The position numbers and the translations under genes were made by a program. This document shows positions 63,801 to 64,000 of a DNA stretch of 64,000 bases, piece after piece (position 1 is the first letter of the stretch; every line of letters starts with the position of its first letter). The DNA lies in contig NC_086097.1 of NCBI RefSeq assembly GCF_963921235.1, positions 135,100,001 through 135,164,000 on the forward strand, in the 5' to 3' direction. This stretch comes from Mobula hypostoma. Its lineage: Eukaryota. The notes beneath the pieces are model-generated. The model made no database searches. It was not told the origin of the DNA and was given only the letters and a program-made list of their open reading frames with translations.

Positions 63801-64000
63801 AAACAATTCATATCTAGAATGTTAGGTCTGGAAATGAAAAATCCCATTTCCAACACTTTTGTAATTGTTGGCATTCTTTTGGTTTCTTTTATATATTAAA
63901 AAAAACACTCAAGTAAAAACAGCTGAGCTAGAATCTCATTTTTATTTGCAAGTGTTGAGAACATTCAAACCAATTTTTTTATTTTGCAGGCCTATCTTAT
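7133..64000 (+). CDS. ATAD2: ATAD2 (ATPase family AAA domain-containing protein 2), coding exons 1-13; gene continues past the window end
   Basis: Thirteen GT-AG exons join in one frame: MVILRS...EVRRSCR...[26 protein letters not shown]...KRYYLRQRK...[35 protein letters not shown]...[15 protein letters not shown]...[13 protein letters not shown]...[25 protein letters not shown]. This closely matches vertebrate ATAD2 as recalled. Confidence 0.95.
9060..9120 (-). repeat. Penelope pLTR-related short fragment
   Basis: cacacaaaatgctggaggaactcagtgggccaggcagcatct resembles the left arm end at 29586-29630 and the reverse complement of 62120-62175. Confidence 0.6.
9130..10737 (+). mobile_element. Degenerate CR1 LINE (RT and 3' end)
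   Basis: [31 protein letters not shown] and KFVDDTK motifs with many lesions; CR1-type 3' end cctaatcctgctcctatgtcttatggt. Confidence 0.88.
10800..11500 (-). mobile_element. Chapaev3-like (CMC superfamily) DNA transposase remnant
   Basis: Minus-strand peptides [26 protein letters not shown] and [17 protein letters not shown]...[16 protein letters not shown], which I recall as the Chapaev3 transposase C-terminal motif. Confidence 0.6.
11960..14665 (+). mobile_element. Degenerate CR1 LINE (endonuclease start to 3' end) with an internal foreign segment at about 12260-12570
   Basis: [13 protein letters not shown] and ISKFADDSK motifs; tail cttttctatgact. The foreign segment ends in gccatcttg, like a minus-strand LINE 5' end. 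Confidence 0.85.
14666..17950 (-). mobile_element. CR1 LINE (minus strand) split by a Rex1 insertion
   Basis: 3' end starts at 14666 ([17 protein letters not shown]); collinear continuation from about 17240 (KFADDTK on the minus strand). Confidence 0.8.
15095..17240 (+). mobile_element. Rex1-type LINE with inverted 5' half (15095-16238 minus, 16239-17240 plus)
   Basis: Minus part carries the 5' UTR and endonuclease ([21 protein letters not shown]). Plus part starts at the RT PQxCVLxPLL motif and runs to a gaactttga tail. Confidence 0.75.
20991..26090 (-). mobile_element. L1-clade LINE: complete but frameshifted ORF2 plus upstream spacer; ORF1 absent
   Basis: ORF2 start [11 protein letters not shown] near 25361; [29 protein letters not shown] and C-terminal CDRC..HMFWSC; T-rich tail with TTTATT near 21000. 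Confidence 0.93.
23952..24433. repeat. 234-bp direct duplication inside L1 ORF2 with a 14-nt spacer
   Basis: 23952-24185 and 24200-24433 differ at 3 positions that I could see. Confidence 0.93.
27175..27500 (-). mobile_element. Ancient Deu-domain SINE remnant
   Basis: caatgaagtgcttttgaagtgt...aatattggcc...gaaagatggc...gtggaacttgaa is collinear with the DeuSINE consensus as recalled. Confidence 0.55.
28168..28334 (+). CDS. ATAD2: ATAD2 exon 2 ([11 protein letters not shown]...QPFIR)
   Basis: Acceptor ttcttttttaacag and donor GTACAC; 167 nt open frame, phase 0 to 2; poorly conserved region, supported mainly by phase fit. Confidence 0.7.
29646..29681 (-). ncRNA. Second hammerhead copy with a mutated core (CUGACAA)
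   Basis: Reverse complement reads AGTC-CTGACAA-AGGGTCTCGGCCT-GAAA-C-GTC-GATT; the conserved second G of CUGANGA is A. Confidence 0.65.
30461..30496 (+). ncRNA. Minimal type I hammerhead ribozyme in the PLE pLTR
   Basis: AGTC-CTGACGA-AGG(gtctcgg)CCT-GAAA-T-GTC-GACT: stem I AGTC/GACT, intact CUGANGA and GAAA cores, stem II, GUC cleavage triplet and a loopless stem III. Confidence 0.75.
30851..31491 (-). mobile_element. Short non-autonomous retroposon (~640 bp)
   Basis: The minus strand begins GGAGGAGAAGATGGC, has a CpG-rich non-coding body, then AATAAA and a (TCTAA)n tail. Confidence 0.6.
31740..33110 (+). mobile_element. Old, highly degenerate CR1 LINE
   Basis: Traces of DKVP, ADD and RPHFEYC motifs and a CR1-type 3' end. 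Confidence 0.65.
32673..32753. mobile_element. 81-bp hAT (Charlie-like) MITE
   Basis: Inverted ends CAGGGGTTCCCAACCT / AGGTTGGGGACTACTG; degenerate 8-bp TAGA-containing flanks. Confidence 0.65.
33343..33380 (+). CDS. ATAD2: ATAD2 exon 3, short ([13 protein letters not shown])
   Basis: Acceptor ctttttgtttttgcag and donor AAG/GTAAGT; 38 nt, phase 2 to 1, which is exactly what is needed to bridge exons 2 and 4. Confidence 0.7.
33815..33883. repeat. (TG)n(CA)n palindromic microsatellite followed by a poly-C run
   Basis: TG repeat 33815-33837 directly abuts AC repeat 33838-33865. Confidence 0.95.
34005..34480 (+). mobile_element. Old Tigger/Jerky-like transposase N-terminal remnant
   Basis: [17 protein letters not shown]...[13 protein letters not shown] (psq HTH) and YSEGWLQHF...CGE (CENP-B HTH), with frameshifts. 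Confidence 0.65.
34707..37664 (-). mobile_element. Degenerate Tc1 transposon containing a nested Tigger
   Basis: Imperfect TIRs CAGT..GAAAAAGTATGTGAA / TTCACAAACTTTTTCTTGCAACTG followed by [15 protein letters not shown]...[13 protein letters not shown] at 37144-37455. Confidence 0.8.
34742..36639 (+). mobile_element. Tigger/pogo DNA transposon with a largely intact DD32D transposase (two frameshifts)
   Basis: TA TSDs at 34740 and 36640; TIRs CAGGTGGCCCCTGTTTTCCGAA / TTCGGATAGCGGGGGAAACCTG; ATG at 34961; [19 protein letters not shown] and QPCDQG with 32 residues between the second and third Asp. Confidence 0.93.
37667..40982 (+). mobile_element. Degenerate, internally deleted Gypsy LTR retrotransposon
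   Basis: Partial 5' LTR ends cataaca at 37770, then PBS-like ttggtgac; gag remnant [11 protein letters not shown] with a zinc-knuckle trace; protease MELDTGSAV near 38793; PPT agcagggaggag; 3' LTR 40598-40982 (TGTTGT...GTAACA) matches the 5' LTR end. Confidence 0.85.
39600..40366 (+). mobile_element. CR1 LINE 3' fragment nested in the Gypsy element
   Basis: [21 protein letters not shown]...[10 protein letters not shown]; tail ttttctatgtttctat. Confidence 0.88.
41170..43250 (-). mobile_element. Very old CR1 LINE remnant
   Basis: Scattered minus-strand CR1-like blocks (aaatccatgc, aagctgactggcctacagtt, caatgctccagctcaggctggaccaatgttttat). Confidence 0.5.
43958..44117 (+). CDS. ATAD2: ATAD2 exon 4 (...[27 protein letters not shown])
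   Basis: Acceptor tacag, donor GTAAGA; conserved EVRRSCR and NQSxLFDKLIT; phase 1 to 2. Confidence 0.92.
44221..44329 (+). CDS. ATAD2: ATAD2 exon 5 ([24 protein letters not shown]...)
   Basis: Acceptor ccag, donor GTAGGT; highly conserved peptide; phase 2 to 0. Confidence 0.93.
44480..44697 (+). mobile_element. Deu-domain SINE remnant in ATAD2 intron 5
   Basis: cagatcatctgg...gtgggagtttgctgtacacaaatttgctg...tttcctacattacaa...tgcatgcctttctttt matches the DeuSINE core and 3' end as recalled. Confidence 0.65.
44839..44932 (+). CDS. ATAD2: ATAD2 exon 6 ([31 protein letters not shown])
   Basis: Acceptor gaag after a pyrimidine tract, donor GTAAGG; DEET motif; phase 0 to 1. Confidence 0.85.
45542..45637 (+). 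CDS. ATAD2: ATAD2 exon 7 ([32 protein letters not shown])
   Basis: Acceptor atag, donor GTATGT; conserved KRYYLRQRK...YQAP; phase 1 to 1. Confidence 0.9.
46922..47036 (+). CDS. ATAD2: ATAD2 exon 8 ([19 protein letters not shown]...[10 protein letters not shown])
   Basis: Acceptor attag, donor GTTTGT; RKPxIFY..PASP motif; phase 1 to 2. Confidence 0.87.
47480..47885 (+). mobile_element. Old CR1 3' fragment
   Basis: cctggattagaggatgtaggctgtaagagaagctggataaa...gggcagaaggacccattcctgtgctgtac. Confidence 0.65.
48344..48457 (+). CDS. ATAD2: ATAD2 exon 9 ([28 protein letters not shown]...RNRAL)
   Basis: Acceptor gaag, donor GTATGT; conserved [14 protein letters not shown]; phase 2 to 2. Confidence 0.92.
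50273..51202 (+). CDS. L1 ORF1p (coiled coil + RRM + CTD). An upstream in-frame ATG at 50216 is cut off by TAG at 50270.
   Basis: [31 protein letters not shown] and LYPARLRV motifs typical of L1 ORF1p. Confidence 0.9.
   Translation: MQQGEGPSSPTASQDGDNEGESVTVSLILGEIREFRQDNSKQLEDIKGEIVKTNSRIDEAEARIVGIEEKLQNAEEVIAEMLKLQDQLQWKLIDQEGRSRRENVRIYRVPEGTEGKPGLMIPFVEKLLRENLDIPAAKDLQIERAHRALAPQPPAGTQPRSILIRFLSYRTKEDVLKRAWQKKGFMWNNCKISLDHDYAPGILARRKEYTETRRVLKENNISFQTLYPARLRVFYDEGTKTYTTVEEATLDLADRGLPIKVITQPESLLERIRQKSWQLVGRGRSTRTRVSNYKEKLQIFRRECTENTD
51565..55354 (+). pseudogene. L1 ORF2p (APE + RT + Cys-rich C-terminus) with one +1 frameshift (A-run near 52215-52221) and one stop (TAA 53027-53029)
   Basis: [52 protein letters not shown] and CWRRC..HIFWDC. 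Confidence 0.93.
58261..58369 (+). CDS. ATAD2: ATAD2 exon 10 ([36 protein letters not shown])
   Basis: Acceptor ttctag, donor GTAAGT; phase 2 to 0; sequence favours ATAD2 over ATAD2B. Confidence 0.95.
58600..58805 (+). mobile_element. CR1 RT C-terminal fragment
   Basis: tggcagatggagttcatttcaaataagtgtgaagtgatgcac (WQMEF..NKCEVMH). Confidence 0.65.
59060..59410 (+). mobile_element. CR1 3' fragment
   Basis: [12 protein letters not shown] segment and 3' end cctaattctactcctaggtcttatggtct. Confidence 0.7.
59789..59904 (+). CDS. ATAD2: ATAD2 exon 11 ([38 protein letters not shown])
   Basis: Acceptor ccctttag, donor GTACGG; start of the first AAA domain; phase 0 to 2. Confidence 0.96.
60265..60740 (+). 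mobile_element. CR1 3' fragment
   Basis: [39 protein letters not shown]; tail ctatgactatgact. Confidence 0.8.
61737..61911 (+). CDS. ATAD2: ATAD2 exon 12 (Walker A GPPGTGKT ... RLLFDQ)
   Basis: Acceptor ttttag, donor GTAATT; Walker A and the pore-loop KWVGE; phase 2 to 0. Confidence 0.97.
62120..62210 (+). repeat. Penelope pLTR-related short fragment
   Basis: agatgctgtctagcttgctgagttcctccggcattttgtgcgtattgc...ttccagcacttgcag resembles 30510-30590. Confidence 0.65.
62548..63249 (+). mobile_element. MER2-like Tigger deletion derivative, copy 2
   Basis: TA on both flanks; ends CAGTCGGCCCTCC / GGGGGCGACTG; retains [22 protein letters not shown]...NESSIRTIK (psq HTH) and [21 protein letters not shown]; shares a long block with 3410-3615. 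Confidence 0.88.
63990..64000 (+). CDS. ATAD2: ATAD2 exon 13, first 11 nt (AYL...)
   Basis: Acceptor tttttattttgcag followed by GCC TAT CTT AT, the expected AYxM continuation. Confidence 0.8.

Noticed and set aside
7133..64000. Assignment to the paralog ATAD2B, since exon 13 starts AYL(M) as I recall for human ATAD2B
   Set aside because: The N-terminus [14 protein letters not shown] and [17 protein letters not shown] match ATAD2 better than ATAD2B. One residue is not diagnostic.

Overview
Vertebrate nuclear DNA. The repeat families (CR1, Rex1/Babar, Deu-domain SINEs, Penelope pLTRs) suggest a cartilaginous fish such as a ray, but that is an inference. The window holds the CpG-rich promoter and the first 13 coding exons (7133 to the window end, + strand) of ATAD2, the AAA+ ATPase/bromodomain chromatin factor. 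I reconstructed the exons by hand: all introns are GT-AG and the phases join into one open frame through the Walker A motif. Almost everything else is nested transposable elements. These include a near-intact full-length L1 with a 17-bp TSD in intron 9, a second L1, many CR1 and Rex1 LINEs, a DD32D Tigger inside a Tc1, a degenerate Gypsy, a Chapaev3-like fragment and two MER2-like Tigger derivatives. The most notable structure is a Penelope insertion with a 14-bp TSD whose two ~420-bp inverted arms each carry a minimal hammerhead ribozyme. No wholly new system could be established. Family assignments rest on recalled motifs, not database searches.
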